From IMG/VR virus record IMGVR_UViG_3300021963_006528: a stretch of DNA of 57,167 nucleotides; one strand, given 5' to 3'. Position 1 is the stretch's first letter, and each line of letters opens with the position of its first letter. The position numbers and the translations under genes were made by a program. Origin of the DNA: an uncultured virus (IMG/VR IMGVR_UViG_3300021963_006528) (lineage: Duplodnaviria; Heunggongvirae; Uroviricota; Caudoviricetes). Positions 46,672-56,363 of the stretch are shown piece after piece. Below the pieces are notes generated by a model. It made no database searches, was not told the origin of the DNA, and worked only from the letters and a program-made list of their open reading frames with translations.

Positions 46672-46825
46672 GGTTATAGCAGTAGATTGTTTTGGTGATG
46701 CAATTATTCATCTGCCTGACGAAATGGTAAAAGAATTAGGTTGGACAGTAGGTGATGAATTGGATTTTGAGATAATAGATGAATCCATCATAATAAAAAA
46801 TTTGACAAAAAATAAAATGGAGTGA
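46649..46825 (+). CDS. AbrB/MazE/SpoVT-like small DNA-binding protein (58 aa, absent from the ORF track)
   Basis: GAGGTG RBS, GTG start; GDAIIHLPDEMVKELGWTVGDELDF...IIIK. Confidence 0.65.
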   Translation: MLKSYTTRVIAVDCFGDAIIHLPDEMVKELGWTVGDELDFEIIDESIIIKNLTKNKME

Positions 46826-46827
46826 TT

Positions 46828-47292
46828 ATGTTAGTTTTGCCTGATGAAATGGTTGGTCGACCTGTAGCGTTTACTTGTTCGACTTTTGATTTACTACATG
46901 CTGGTCATATCCTAATGTTGGCCGAGTGTAAACAAATTTGTGATTATTTAATTGTCGGTTTACAAACCGATCCAACAATTGATAGGCCTGATACAAAAAA
47001 TAAACCAGTTCAATCTATCGTAGAAAGATATGTACAACTTTCTGCGGTAAAATTTGTAGATGAGATCATTGTATATGATACTGAAAAAGACCTAGAAGAT
47101 TTGTTAGCGTTTTTACCTATTACCATAAGAATTTGTGGTGAAGAATATAAAGACAAACACTTAACAGGTAAAGATATTTGTGATAATCGAGGTATTCGTA
47201 CACACTACAATTCTCGCACACATCGATTCAGTTCTTCTGAATTACGGCAAAGAACTTATCAATCAGAATTAGTTAAAATTGCCGCAAAATAA
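46828..47292 (+). CDS. Cytidylyltransferase (TagD-like)
   Basis: TFDLLHAGH, LIVGLQ, VDEII, SSSELR. Confidence 0.85.
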   Translation: MLVLPDEMVGRPVAFTCSTFDLLHAGHILMLAECKQICDYLIVGLQTDPTIDRPDTKNKPVQSIVERYVQLSAVKFVDEIIVYDTEKDLEDLLAFLPITIRICGEEYKDKHLTGKDICDNRGIRTHYNSRTHRFSSSELRQRTYQSELVKIAAK

Positions 47293-47333
47293 TTGAAGTT
47301 ATGTTATAATGTATTTTTATGTTAAGGAAAAGT

Positions 47334-47558
47334 ATGAATATTCGTGAATTGGCCAAAAGACTTGCTATCGAAAACAAAACCATTCAAGCAGATCGGTATG
47401 ATTTATATCTGCGTGAGTTTGATAACAAGGTTGAGTTGTTGGGATTTGTGCAAGACCCCAATTATAACATGAACGAGTTTCGTGGTCGTGAAATGTTATT
47501 CCCGAAACGATGGGTTACTCTTGCTGTTCTTGACGCTGACACACAGGTGAAAGTATGA
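47334..47558 (+). CDS. Hypothetical protein
   Basis: AAGGA RBS before ATG 47334. Confidence 0.55.
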   Translation: MNIRELAKRLAIENKTIQADRYDLYLREFDNKVELLGFVQDPNYNMNEFRGREMLFPKRWVTLAVLDADTQVKV

Positions 47559-47857
47559 TAATCAAATTAATTACACTCAAAACAAACCACACACTAATGG
47601 GTAAGGTGGAAGATGATGCGTTACTTCCACATGTAACTATTAAATATCCTGTTCAAGTTGTGTCTGTACCGCCTAGAGCTGCAAGTGAAGCTTCAAGTAT
47701 TGCTTTTGTTCCTTTTCTAGAGTTTAGTCAGGAATTTAAAGATGGTATTGTAATTAAAAATGAGGACATTCTCTGCACCACTAAACCCGTTGTTGAATTA
47801 GAAAATCAATATAATTCAATTTTTGGATCTGGAATACAAATTGCTAAATCTCTGTGA
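47555..47857 (+). CDS. Conserved T4-like hypothetical protein (Sm-like)
   Basis: IKLITLK, NQYNSIFGSGI; directly upstream of the polymerase. Confidence 0.6.
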   Translation: MIIKLITLKTNHTLMGKVEDDALLPHVTIKYPVQVVSVPPRAASEASSIAFVPFLEFSQEFKDGIVIKNEDILCTTKPVVELENQYNSIFGSGIQIAKSL

Positions 47858-50385
47858 GTAAGTATTATACAAACGTTGTCGTACAAGGCAACAACATTCT
47901 CTATCGAGGAGTACAAAATGGTAGGCGAGTAAGGATGAAAATCCAATATTCGCCTACTTTGTTTTTACCTTCTAAGAAACCTACCGAATTTAAAACCTTG
48001 TTTGGTGAAAATTTGGAGGCGATGCGTTTTAACTCAATTCGTGAATCCCGTGATTTTGTCAAACGATATGAAGGCGTTGACAATTTCAAAATCTATGGTA
48101 ATGATCGATACGAATATGCTTTTATTGCTGATGAATTTAAAGGTCAAATTGATTCTGATATTAACGATTTAAATATTGCAATTGTCGATATTGAAGTTGG
48201 ATCAGAGAATGGTTTTCCTGATCCTTATAAAGTAACCGAACCAATTACTGCTATCGCTGTTTATCAATTAAATGGTGATATTAATGTTTATGGTTGTGGT
48301 GACTATGAAGTAAAAGGTAAAGAAATATACCACAAATGTAATGATGAAATTGATCTTGCGAAGAAATTTCTACAGGATTGGCAAGAAAATTATCCTGACA
48401 TTTTAACAGGCTGGAATACTGAATTCTTTGATATACCATATCTTGTGAATCGTATTCGTGTTTTGCTTGGTGAAGATGAAATGAAAAAACTTTCACCATG
48501 GAATAATGTGTGGGAAAGAAAATCAGTATACAATGGCCGTGAAATGATTTCATATCAAATTTCAGGCATAGCGGCACTTGATTATATTGAACTATATAAA
48601 TGGTATGCACCAGGTGGTAAATCACAAGAGTCTTACAAATTGGATTCTATTGCTAATGTTGAACTTGGTGAATCAAAACTTTCTTTTGATGAGTATGATA
48701 ATCTACATCAACTGTATCGTTTGAACTATCAAAAATTTATTGAGTATAATATTAAAGACGTTGAGTTGATTGTTAAACTTGAAGATAAATTAAAATTACT
48801 TCAATTGGCAATTACTCTTGCCTATGATACCAAAACAAATTACGAAGATGTGTTTGCACAAACTCGTATGTGGGATTCAATAATTTATTCCAACTTATTG
48901 GCGAAAAGAATTATTGTACCACCAAAAGTTGTAAAGAGAAAAGAATCGGCCTTTGAGGGTGCATATGTAAAAGATCCTCAAGTGGGTATGCACAAATGGG
49001 TTGCATCATTTGACCTTGATAGTCTATATCCTCATTTGATGATGCAATATAACATCTCACCTGAAACTTTAGTTCAACCAGAAAATTACACCGATGTAAT
49101 GCGTAAGATTATTATGGATGGTGTTTCAGTTGAAAAGATGTTGGAAAAGAAAGTTGATACATCGTCTTTAAAAGATGTAACAGTTACTCCAAATGGTCAA
49201 TTCTTCAGAACCGATGTTCAAGGTTTCTTACCAAAAATGATGGAAGAAATGTATGAAGATCGTAAGAAGTTTAAGAAGATGATGTTGAAGGCGAAACAGG
49301 ATTATGAGGACGAATCTGATCCTCAAAAGAAAGAGGAGATTGCCAAGTTAGTTTCAAGGTATAATAATCTACAACTTGCTAAAAAGGTTTCATTAAACTC
49401 CGCTTATGGTGCTCTTGGTTCGCAATATTTTCGATTCTATGATTTAAGACAAGCTCTTGCCGTTACATTGGCAGGCCAACTTTCTATTCGATGGATTGAA
49501 AATAAATTGAATTTATTCATGAACAAATTACTAAAAACGGAAAAAGATTATGTTATCGCCTCGGATACAGATTCGATATATTTACGTCTTGGTGAACTTG
49601 TTGATAAGGCATATTCGCAGGACAAAACGCCTGCAGGAGTTATCTCCTTCATGGACAAGGTCTGTGAAGATAAGATACAGCCGTATATCAACGAGAGTTA
49701 TCAGGAACTTGCTACATATGTTCATGCATACTCGCAAAAAATGAGAATGAAGCGTGAAGCCTTGGCTGACAAAGGAATATGGACTGCCAAGAAACGCTAT
49801 ATTATGCATGTATATAATAATGAGGGTGTTGCCTACAATGAACCTGACATGAAAGTTATGGGTCTTGAGATGGTAAAATCTTCCACACCATCTGCCATTA
49901 GAGCTAAAATGTCTTTGGTGATTAAGATGATGATCACACAAAACGAACAAGATGTGCAAAAATTTATTGCAGATTTTCGTGAAGAATTTAAGTCATTACC
50001 ACCAGAAGAAATATCTTTTCCGAGAGGTGTCAATGGTATTAAAGAATATCAGGATTCGGTTACACTATATAAAAAAGGTACACCAATACATGTCAAAGGT
50101 GCAATCATCTACAATCACCTGTTAAAAGAAAAAGGTCTAACTAAGAAATATCCTTTAATACAAGATGGTGAGAAATTAAAATTTGCATATCTAAAATCAC
50201 CTAATACTGTAAGAGATACTGTCATTTCTTATCCTGTTAGGTTGCCAAAAGAATTTGATATACATCAATATATCGACTATGATTTACAATTTGAAAAATC
50301 ATTTATTGATCCAATCAAAGTGATTCTTGATTGTATTGGGTGGAAAGTAGAAAAACAAAGTAGTCTGGAGGACTTCTTCTCGTGA
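47854..50385 (+). CDS. 43: Family B DNA polymerase gp43
   Basis: Exo DIEV, SFDLDSLYPH, KVSLNSAYG, SDTDS; no intein or intron evident. Confidence 0.97.
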   Translation: MSKYYTNVVVQGNNILYRGVQNGRRVRMKIQYSPTLFLPSKKPTEFKTLFGENLEAMRFNSIRESRDFVKRYEGVDNFKIYGNDRYEYAFIADEFKGQIDSDINDLNIAIVDIEVGSENGFPDPYKVTEPITAIAVYQLNGDINVYGCGDYEVKGKEIYHKCNDEIDLAKKFLQDWQENYPDILTGWNTEFFDIPYLVNRIRVLLGEDEMKKLSPWNNVWERKSVYNGREMISYQISGIAALDYIELYKWYAPGGKSQESYKLDSIANVELGESKLSFDEYDNLHQLYRLNYQKFIEYNIKDVELIVKLEDKLKLLQLAITLAYDTKTNYEDVFAQTRMWDSIIYSNLLAKRIIVPPKVVKRKESAFEGAYVKDPQVGMHKWVASFDLDSLYPHLMMQYNISPETLVQPENYTDVMRKIIMDGVSVEKMLEKKVDTSSLKDVTVTPNGQFFRTDVQGFLPKMMEEMYEDRKKFKKMMLKAKQDYEDESDPQKKEEIAKLVSRYNNLQLAKKVSLNSAYGALGSQYFRFYDLRQALAVTLAGQLSIRWIENKLNLFMNKLLKTEKDYVIASDTDSIYLRLGELVDKAYSQDKTPAGVISFMDKVCEDKIQPYINESYQELATYVHAYSQKMRMKREALADKGIWTAKKRYIMHVYNNEGVAYNEPDMKVMGLEMVKSSTPSAIRAKMSLVIKMMITQNEQDVQKFIADFREEFKSLPPEEISFPRGVNGIKEYQDSVTLYKKGTPIHVKGAIIYNHLLKEKGLTKKYPLIQDGEKLKFAYLKSPNTVRDTVISYPVRLPKEFDIHQYIDYDLQFEKSFIDPIKVILDCIGWKVEKQSSLEDFFS

Positions 50386-51209
50386 TACAAGTGTATTTAA
50401 CTTTTCTAACCGCAATTGCTTTATCGGCAATTGCAGGTTTCTATTCAATTATTGGTTTGGCACAAATATTTCCTGGTTCTTTTTGGCCTATTGTTCTTAT
50501 GGGAACTATTCTTGAGATAGCCAAATTAGTCACCATTTCTTGGCTATATAATAATTGGAAAACTGCTGGCACATTACTAAAAACTTATTTTTCAATTGCA
50601 ATATTTGTACTGATGATGATTACATCAATGGGTATTTTTGGTTATCTTTCAAAAGCTCATTTAGAATCTAATATTGTTTTGGGTGCCAATACAGTACAAC
50701 TAAGAACATTAGAAACACAAGAGAAAATCGCCAAAGATAGATTAGAATATCTTTTAAAACAGGCTAGTGATCCAGAAAAAACTTCTTCTAGAGTTGATCG
50801 TGATATTCGTAATGCTCAAGCAGAGTTAAAAAAATTAACAGAACAAAAGTTGCCACTATTATCTGAAGAAAATAAATTGGCGGCAGAAATTGGTCCAATT
50901 AAATATATTGCTGAATTATTTTATGATAAAAATGATCCTTCTTTTATAGATAAAGCAGTAAGAGCAGTAATTATTATCATCATTATTGTATTTGATCCAC
51001 TTGCCGTGTTGTTATTAATTGCGGCACAAAAAACATATAAAATCACTACAAGAAATACTACCAAATCTACCAAAAAAGATAAAAAGAAACAGGTAGATCA
51101 TGTAATAGAGCTTGACGAAGATGAAGAACTTGTGATACAATATGAAGAAGAAAAGAACGAAGTAATACCCAAATCGAAGATTACCAAACTTGACGGAGGT
51201 TCATTTTAA
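50382..51209 (+). CDS. Membrane protein with coiled-coil
   Basis: Three N-terminal hydrophobic helices, coiled coil, IIIIVFDPLAVLLLIA helix. Confidence 0.65.
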   Translation: MIQVYLTFLTAIALSAIAGFYSIIGLAQIFPGSFWPIVLMGTILEIAKLVTISWLYNNWKTAGTLLKTYFSIAIFVLMMITSMGIFGYLSKAHLESNIVLGANTVQLRTLETQEKIAKDRLEYLLKQASDPEKTSSRVDRDIRNAQAELKKLTEQKLPLLSEENKLAAEIGPIKYIAELFYDKNDPSFIDKAVRAVIIIIIIVFDPLAVLLLIAAQKTYKITTRNTTKSTKKDKKKQVDHVIELDEDEELVIQYEEEKNEVIPKSKITKLDGGSF

Positions 51210-51210
51210 A

Positions 51211-52272
51211 ATGAGTATATTAGATAAATTAAAAAAGAATTCAACTATTAAAGAAAGTGCTGTTCTTGAAAAGTCCAAATTCTTTACTGAAAAAGACATG
51301 ATTCAAACAGAGGTGCCCATGATTAATGTGGCACTATCAGGTCGCCTCGATGGCGGTCTTGTACCAGGCCTTACAATGTTGGCAGGTCCATCAAAACACT
51401 TTAAGACAGCATTTGCTTTATTGATGGCATCAGCCTTTCTTAAAAAGTATAAAGATGCTGTTGTATTGTTTTATGATTCAGAATTTGGCACACCGCAAAA
51501 GTATTTTGAAACATTTGACATTGATACTTCCCGTGTATTGCACACTCCAATTACTGATGTTGAAGAACTTAAACTGGACATTATGAAACAACTGTCTGAG
51601 TTGGATAAAAATGATCGTGTCATCATTGTTATTGATTCTATTGGTAACTTGGCATCAAAGAAAGAAGTTGATGATGCTCTTGATGGTAAAACAGTTGCTG
51701 ATATGTCCCGTGCAAAACAAATGAAATCATTATTTCGTATGGTGACGCCACACTTAACAATCAAAGATATTCCATTGGTTGTGGTGAATCATACTTACAA
51801 AGAAATTGGCATGTTCCCTAAAGATATTGTTGGTGGTGGTACAGGTTCTTACTACTCATCTGACACTATTTGGATCCTTGGTCGTCAACAAGATAAAACT
51901 GGTACTGAACTTTCAGGTTATAACTTTATCATTAATGTTGAGAAATCTCGTTATGTTCGTGAAAAGTCCAAAATTCCAGTCACAGTATCTTTTGATGGTG
52001 GTATTAATTTGTATTCTGGTTTACTTGATGTTGCCTTAGAAGGCAATTTTGTAACTAAGCCTTCAGCAGGCTGGTATGCAAAGGTCGATCAAAAAACTGG
52101 TGAAGTTAGTGATAAGAAGTTCCGTGAAGCTGACACGAACACTAAAGAATTTTGGAAAGATTTATTAAATGATAAACAGTTTAAAGAGTTCGTTTCAAAG
52201 AAATATTCAATATCCTTTGGAAGCATTATGGGAAACAATATTTCCACCGAAGAAGAAATTACCGAAGTATAG
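51211..52272 (+). CDS. uvsX: RecA-like recombinase UvsX
   Basis: AGPSKHFKT, YDSEFG, IDSIGNLASKKE; GGAGG RBS before ATG 51211. Confidence 0.95.
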   Translation: MSILDKLKKNSTIKESAVLEKSKFFTEKDMIQTEVPMINVALSGRLDGGLVPGLTMLAGPSKHFKTAFALLMASAFLKKYKDAVVLFYDSEFGTPQKYFETFDIDTSRVLHTPITDVEELKLDIMKQLSELDKNDRVIIVIDSIGNLASKKEVDDALDGKTVADMSRAKQMKSLFRMVTPHLTIKDIPLVVVNHTYKEIGMFPKDIVGGGTGSYYSSDTIWILGRQQDKTGTELSGYNFIINVEKSRYVREKSKIPVTVSFDGGINLYSGLLDVALEGNFVTKPSAGWYAKVDQKTGEVSDKKFREADTNTKEFWKDLLNDKQFKEFVSKKYSISFGSIMGNNISTEEEITEV

Positions 52273-52552
52273 ATTTCAACAATCACCGCATGACGATGCC
52301 ACTTGGATTGAAATTACATCAGGTAAATATACTGGTGTAGTTTTATCCTATGGCATGGTTAAGTTTACCATGGAATTCAATATTCCCAAATTAAATTTCA
52401 GTTACAATATACTTTATTCTGGTGAACATGATAAAGACCTATTGCAAAATGATCATGAATTTGTTACAATAATGGGAGATATACTCTCAGAGATTATTAT
52501 AGAAAATGAACCGACTAGAACAAACAATATTGAAGAACCTGATTTACAATGA
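52169..52552 (+). CDS. Hypothetical protein in the gp40 (head assembly chaperone) position; start uncertain
   Basis: Lies between uvsX and 41, as gene 40 does in T4. Confidence 0.45.
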   Translation: MINSLKSSFQRNIQYPLEALWETIFPPKKKLPKYRFQQSPHDDATWIEITSGKYTGVVLSYGMVKFTMEFNIPKLNFSYNILYSGEHDKDLLQNDHEFVTIMGDILSEIIIENEPTRTNNIEEPDLQ

Positions 52553-53903
52553 AGATTATTCCCGTAAAGTTTTGCCGTTCATTAAATCAGATTATTTTAC
52601 CGACTTAACAGAAAAGACTGTTTTTAATGAAGTTACCGAGTTCATTAACAAATATAAAAATCTACCCACACACGAATCTCTAGTAATTAATTTTACAGAA
52701 TCCAAAACACTATCAGAAGATCAAGTAAGAGATTCCATCTCACTACTCAATGAACTTAGTGAAAACAAAAACGACCTAACTGAAAAACAATGGCTGATTG
52801 AACAAACTGAAAGGTTTTGCCAAGATAAAGCAATCTATAATGCCATCATGGAATCAGTTTCAATTCTAGATGACAAACAACACAAAAAATCTAAAGGTGA
52901 AATACCTGGTCTACTGAGTGATGCTCTTGGTGTTTCATTTGATTCTTCAGTAGGTCACGACTATATTCAAGATTCAAATGATCGATATGATTTTTATCAT
53001 AAGACCGAAGCACGAATTAAATTCGATTTGGATATGTTTAACAAGATCACCAAAGGCGGTTTACCAATAAAGACACTCAATATTGCTTTGGCTGGTACAG
53101 GCGTTGGTAAGTCTTTATTCATGTGCCATGTGGCGGCTTCTTGTCTTTCTCAAGGTCATAATGTATTGTATATTACTTTAGAAATGGCAGAAGAAAAGAT
53201 TGCAGAACGAATTGATGCCAATTTGTTGAATATTGATATGCAAGAACTCCATACCATAAGTAAAAATGACTATGATAGAAAGTTTGATGTTCTACGCAAC
53301 AAGACACATGGTAAATTGATTATCAAAGAATATCCTACTGCGGCTGCATCCACATTGCATTTTAAATCTTTGTTGAATGAATTGCACTTAAAGAAAAACT
53401 TTAAACCACATATTATCTTTGTTGACTATTTGAATATCTGTTCATCATCTAGGATTAAACCTGGCGCAAGTGTAAACTCTTATTCTTATATTAAGGCTAT
53501 TGCAGAAGAATTGAGAGGCCTTGCTGTCGAGTTTGCGGTGCCTGTGGTTTCTGCGACACAAACTACAAGAAGTGGTTTTACAAATACAGATCCAGGTCTA
53601 GAAGATACATCAGAATCTTTTGGTTTGCCTGCAACTGCCGATTTTATGTTTGCTTTGATTTCTACTGAAGAACTAGAACAACTGAATCAGATCATGGTCA
53701 AACAATTGAAAAATCGTTTTGGTGACCCTAATCACTATAAACGCTTTGTTGTTGGTATTGATAGAAGTAAAATGAGATTATATGATGCAGAACCTACTGC
53801 ACAACAAGGTATTGCAGATTCAGGACAAGATGATGAACCGATCAATACTTTTGGTAATCGTGAACGCAAGTTTAATTCCAAATTTGAAGGAATAAAAGTA
53901 TGA
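52506..53903 (+). CDS. 41: Replicative helicase gp41 (DnaB-like)
   Basis: AGTGVGKS, ITLEMAEE, VDYLNI, SESFGLPATAD, QLKNR. Confidence 0.95.
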   Translation: MNRLEQTILKNLIYNEDYSRKVLPFIKSDYFTDLTEKTVFNEVTEFINKYKNLPTHESLVINFTESKTLSEDQVRDSISLLNELSENKNDLTEKQWLIEQTERFCQDKAIYNAIMESVSILDDKQHKKSKGEIPGLLSDALGVSFDSSVGHDYIQDSNDRYDFYHKTEARIKFDLDMFNKITKGGLPIKTLNIALAGTGVGKSLFMCHVAASCLSQGHNVLYITLEMAEEKIAERIDANLLNIDMQELHTISKNDYDRKFDVLRNKTHGKLIIKEYPTAAASTLHFKSLLNELHLKKNFKPHIIFVDYLNICSSSRIKPGASVNSYSYIKAIAEELRGLAVEFAVPVVSATQTTRSGFTNTDPGLEDTSESFGLPATADFMFALISTEELEQLNQIMVKQLKNRFGDPNHYKRFVVGIDRSKMRLYDAEPTAQQGIADSGQDDEPINTFGNRERKFNSKFEGIKV

Positions 53904-54139
53904 AAGTAATTACACTAGAAACTAAAGATGAAAAAATTAAAAAACAAGATCGTAATGATTTTTTGGAAATAATTGACACCTTTAGAGAACGATTTGTCAA
54001 TGGTGAATTAGATGAATTTGTTATTTCATGTTTAGATGCGGAAGGTGAAGCTGAAATCTATGTTGCCAGTCAAGACCTTGTTGGTGCTGTCGGCATGTTT
54101 GAATTAGGTAAAGAAGCTTTACTATCACAATACAGATGA
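53900..54139 (+). CDS. Hypothetical protein
   Basis: ATGA overlaps at both ends. Confidence 0.55.
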   Translation: MKVITLETKDEKIKKQDRNDFLEIIDTFRERFVNGELDEFVISCLDAEGEAEIYVASQDLVGAVGMFELGKEALLSQYR

Positions 54140-55248
54140 ATAAAGAACAAGCTATACATTGCTCAAAAGTTTTTTCGGACTATTTTGATAAGTTCGAGAG
54201 AATTGATGACTACATGCGTGATGAAAAATTAAATTCATTATCAACTAGACCAGCTGCTTTGTTTGGCATGGGACCTGAAGAAGATTTATTTTCAGATTTC
54301 ACAATGTCACCTAATGATATGGATTTTGAAATACTAGAATTACCGGCCGACAGATGGTCTGGTTATTTGGATATTATTTCATCACATAATAATCTATCTT
54401 CACCTGGTCGCAATCTTAGATTGGCAGTACTAGAAAAGAAAACTCAAAAGTGGGTTGGATTCATTCGCATTGGTTCGCCAACTATTATGATGAAACCACG
54501 AAACGAATTACTCGGTCAAGTAATCACTAATCTACCAGAAACAACCAAATCATTTAATAAATGCACAGCAATGGGCTTTGTGATTGTACCTGCACAACCA
54601 TTTGGATTTAATTATCTTGGTGGTAAATTGCTTGCTGCTATTTGTTGTTCGCATGAAGTTCGTGAGATGTTGAATAAAAAATATGACATGAATACTTGTC
54701 TATTTGAAACTACTAGTTTATATGGTACATCTAAAACTGTATCGCAATACGATGGCATGAAACCTTATCTGCGTTTTCAAGGATTAACAGAGTCTAATTT
54801 TTTACCTATGATGAATGGTCAACCATATGAAGATATTAAAAACTTTGTAGAAGAAATAACAGGTGGTCCAATTGTACCAGAAAACGCATCAAGTCGCAAA
54901 TTAAAAATTATCAATACAATCATTGGAATGACCAAATCCGCATTAAAAAATGATAAAGAAGAATATGATAAGTTTATGATGAGTATTGATAAAGCCAAAG
55001 GTCTTACTCAGAGAAAAAGATACTATTATTCAGACTATGGTTTTAGTAATATGAAAGATGTGGTTCTTGGTAAGACCGATAAATTGATCAAAAACAAAGA
55101 AAACTATGATAAACATCATTTAGAAAACATTGTTAAGTGGTGGAGAAACAAAGCCTGTAGTAGATTTACAACACTTCAGACAGAAAATCGTATTAGAACT
55201 GAACAAGAAGTGTGGACTGGCGATAAACCTATTGACATTATCCGTTAA
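54136..55248 (+). CDS. DUF4338/DruA-like protein, paralog 2
   Basis: PGRNLRL, IVPAQPFGFNYLGGKLLA, ETTSLYG, SQYDG, shared with 35892..37235. Confidence 0.6.
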   Translation: MNKEQAIHCSKVFSDYFDKFERIDDYMRDEKLNSLSTRPAALFGMGPEEDLFSDFTMSPNDMDFEILELPADRWSGYLDIISSHNNLSSPGRNLRLAVLEKKTQKWVGFIRIGSPTIMMKPRNELLGQVITNLPETTKSFNKCTAMGFVIVPAQPFGFNYLGGKLLAAICCSHEVREMLNKKYDMNTCLFETTSLYGTSKTVSQYDGMKPYLRFQGLTESNFLPMMNGQPYEDIKNFVEEITGGPIVPENASSRKLKIINTIIGMTKSALKNDKEEYDKFMMSIDKAKGLTQRKRYYYSDYGFSNMKDVVLGKTDKLIKNKENYDKHHLENIVKWWRNKACSRFTTLQTENRIRTEQEVWTGDKPIDIIR

Positions 55249-55265
55249 ATGTAATAGGATAAATA
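55232..55265 (+). promoter_or_regulatory. Overlapping sigma70-like and late-type promoter elements
   Basis: TTGACA (55232-55237), 17 bp, TAGGAT (55255-55260), overlapping TAAATA (55260-55265). Confidence 0.5.
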
Positions 55266-55291
55266 CTCCTACTAAACAAATGGAGTATTAA

Positions 55292-56362
55292 ATGGCAGAC
55301 GGACAATCAGGAGCAGGTGCAGAGATTACAGCGTTAGCTGAAAGCCTTCAAGCCTACGCTTGTGCCACAAGACAGTACCTTGGAAAAGACCTTACCGATG
55401 TATCACAAATAACAGAAAGAACTATTCGTGATGCTGACTGTGATAGAACTTTATCCAAGTGTTTAAAATCTTTAGATGACAACTGGCTTACTAGTGTAGT
55501 TAAAACTGCTAATCAAATATTTTCTGATGTTCCAGGTGCAAGAGTTGGTAATAGATATAAATTTTATCGTGGTGGTAAATTTGTAAATTCAATATATGAT
55601 GAATGGCGTAGATTTAAAAAAGGCAGCGGTATTACAGGAGATGATAAGTGGAATCCTGCTGACATATGGATGGTTAAAAAAGATTTTAAATTTAAAGATG
55701 GTTGGCCAACATTAAGAGATTATAATCGGTATATTTTTGATTCATTTGCCAATAAAAATTTAATTGGCATCTCATTAAAAAAATTAGATCCAAAAGGATC
55801 GGCACATTCAAAAATATTTAATAATGGTAAACCATTAGTTGCAACTTTTACAGGTGTAAAACTTGGAATTAATATGTTAGACTCCAAAGACATTTATATA
55901 AAGTTTAGGTCTGAAGGAAAAGATGGAGAAATACAATTAAGAAATTTTTCAAGTCGGCCTCAACCATCATCATGGCAAGGTGAAATTAAAGGCAAAACGG
56001 CCGCAGGTGGTAAAATTGGTGGTGGTGTAATTATGGAAGGTGCAAAAGATACAGGAATTCAAAGTAGTAAATTGACACAACCTAATCAAACACCTATTGA
56101 TAGACCAACTGAAACACAATTTAAAGAATTTGCTACAATGTTTAAAGAATTATCTGGCAGTAAAGAATCCATTCTTACTTTGGTATCTCAAGCAAAATCA
56201 GGACAAAAGAAAGATAAAACTTGGTGGATGTCAAAATATATTGGTGTTAATCTTGTTTATACTATGATTAAGAATAAAAAAATGGATGCTTTGTGTTCAT
56301 ACATGTTTCAATACGCATCTTCAGCCACAAAAAATAGTAGTATATTCATAAAGTATAGCTAA
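55292..56362 (+). CDS. Hypothetical protein, possible PD-(D/E)xK nuclease fold
   Basis: N-terminal AESLQA, KWNPADIWMV, LIGISLKK. Confidence 0.5.
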   Translation: MADGQSGAGAEITALAESLQAYACATRQYLGKDLTDVSQITERTIRDADCDRTLSKCLKSLDDNWLTSVVKTANQIFSDVPGARVGNRYKFYRGGKFVNSIYDEWRRFKKGSGITGDDKWNPADIWMVKKDFKFKDGWPTLRDYNRYIFDSFANKNLIGISLKKLDPKGSAHSKIFNNGKPLVATFTGVKLGINMLDSKDIYIKFRSEGKDGEIQLRNFSSRPQPSSWQGEIKGKTAAGGKIGGGVIMEGAKDTGIQSSKLTQPNQTPIDRPTETQFKEFATMFKELSGSKESILTLVSQAKSGQKKDKTWWMSKYIGVNLVYTMIKNKKMDALCSYMFQYASSATKNSSIFIKYS

Positions 56363-56363
56363 A

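Noticed and set aside
51112..51141. Possible sigma70 promoter for uvsX (TTGACG-18-TACAAT)
   Set aside because: Non-optimal spacing and inside a coding region; too weak to call
18334..53903. Inteins or group I introns in terminase, polymerase or helicase
   Set aside because: ORFs are continuous, of ordinary length for these families, and show no splice-junction motifs
35892..55248. A Druantia defence system
   Set aside because: No DruE-like large helicase or other dru genes adjacent; the two DUF4338-like genes are dispersed among phage replication genes
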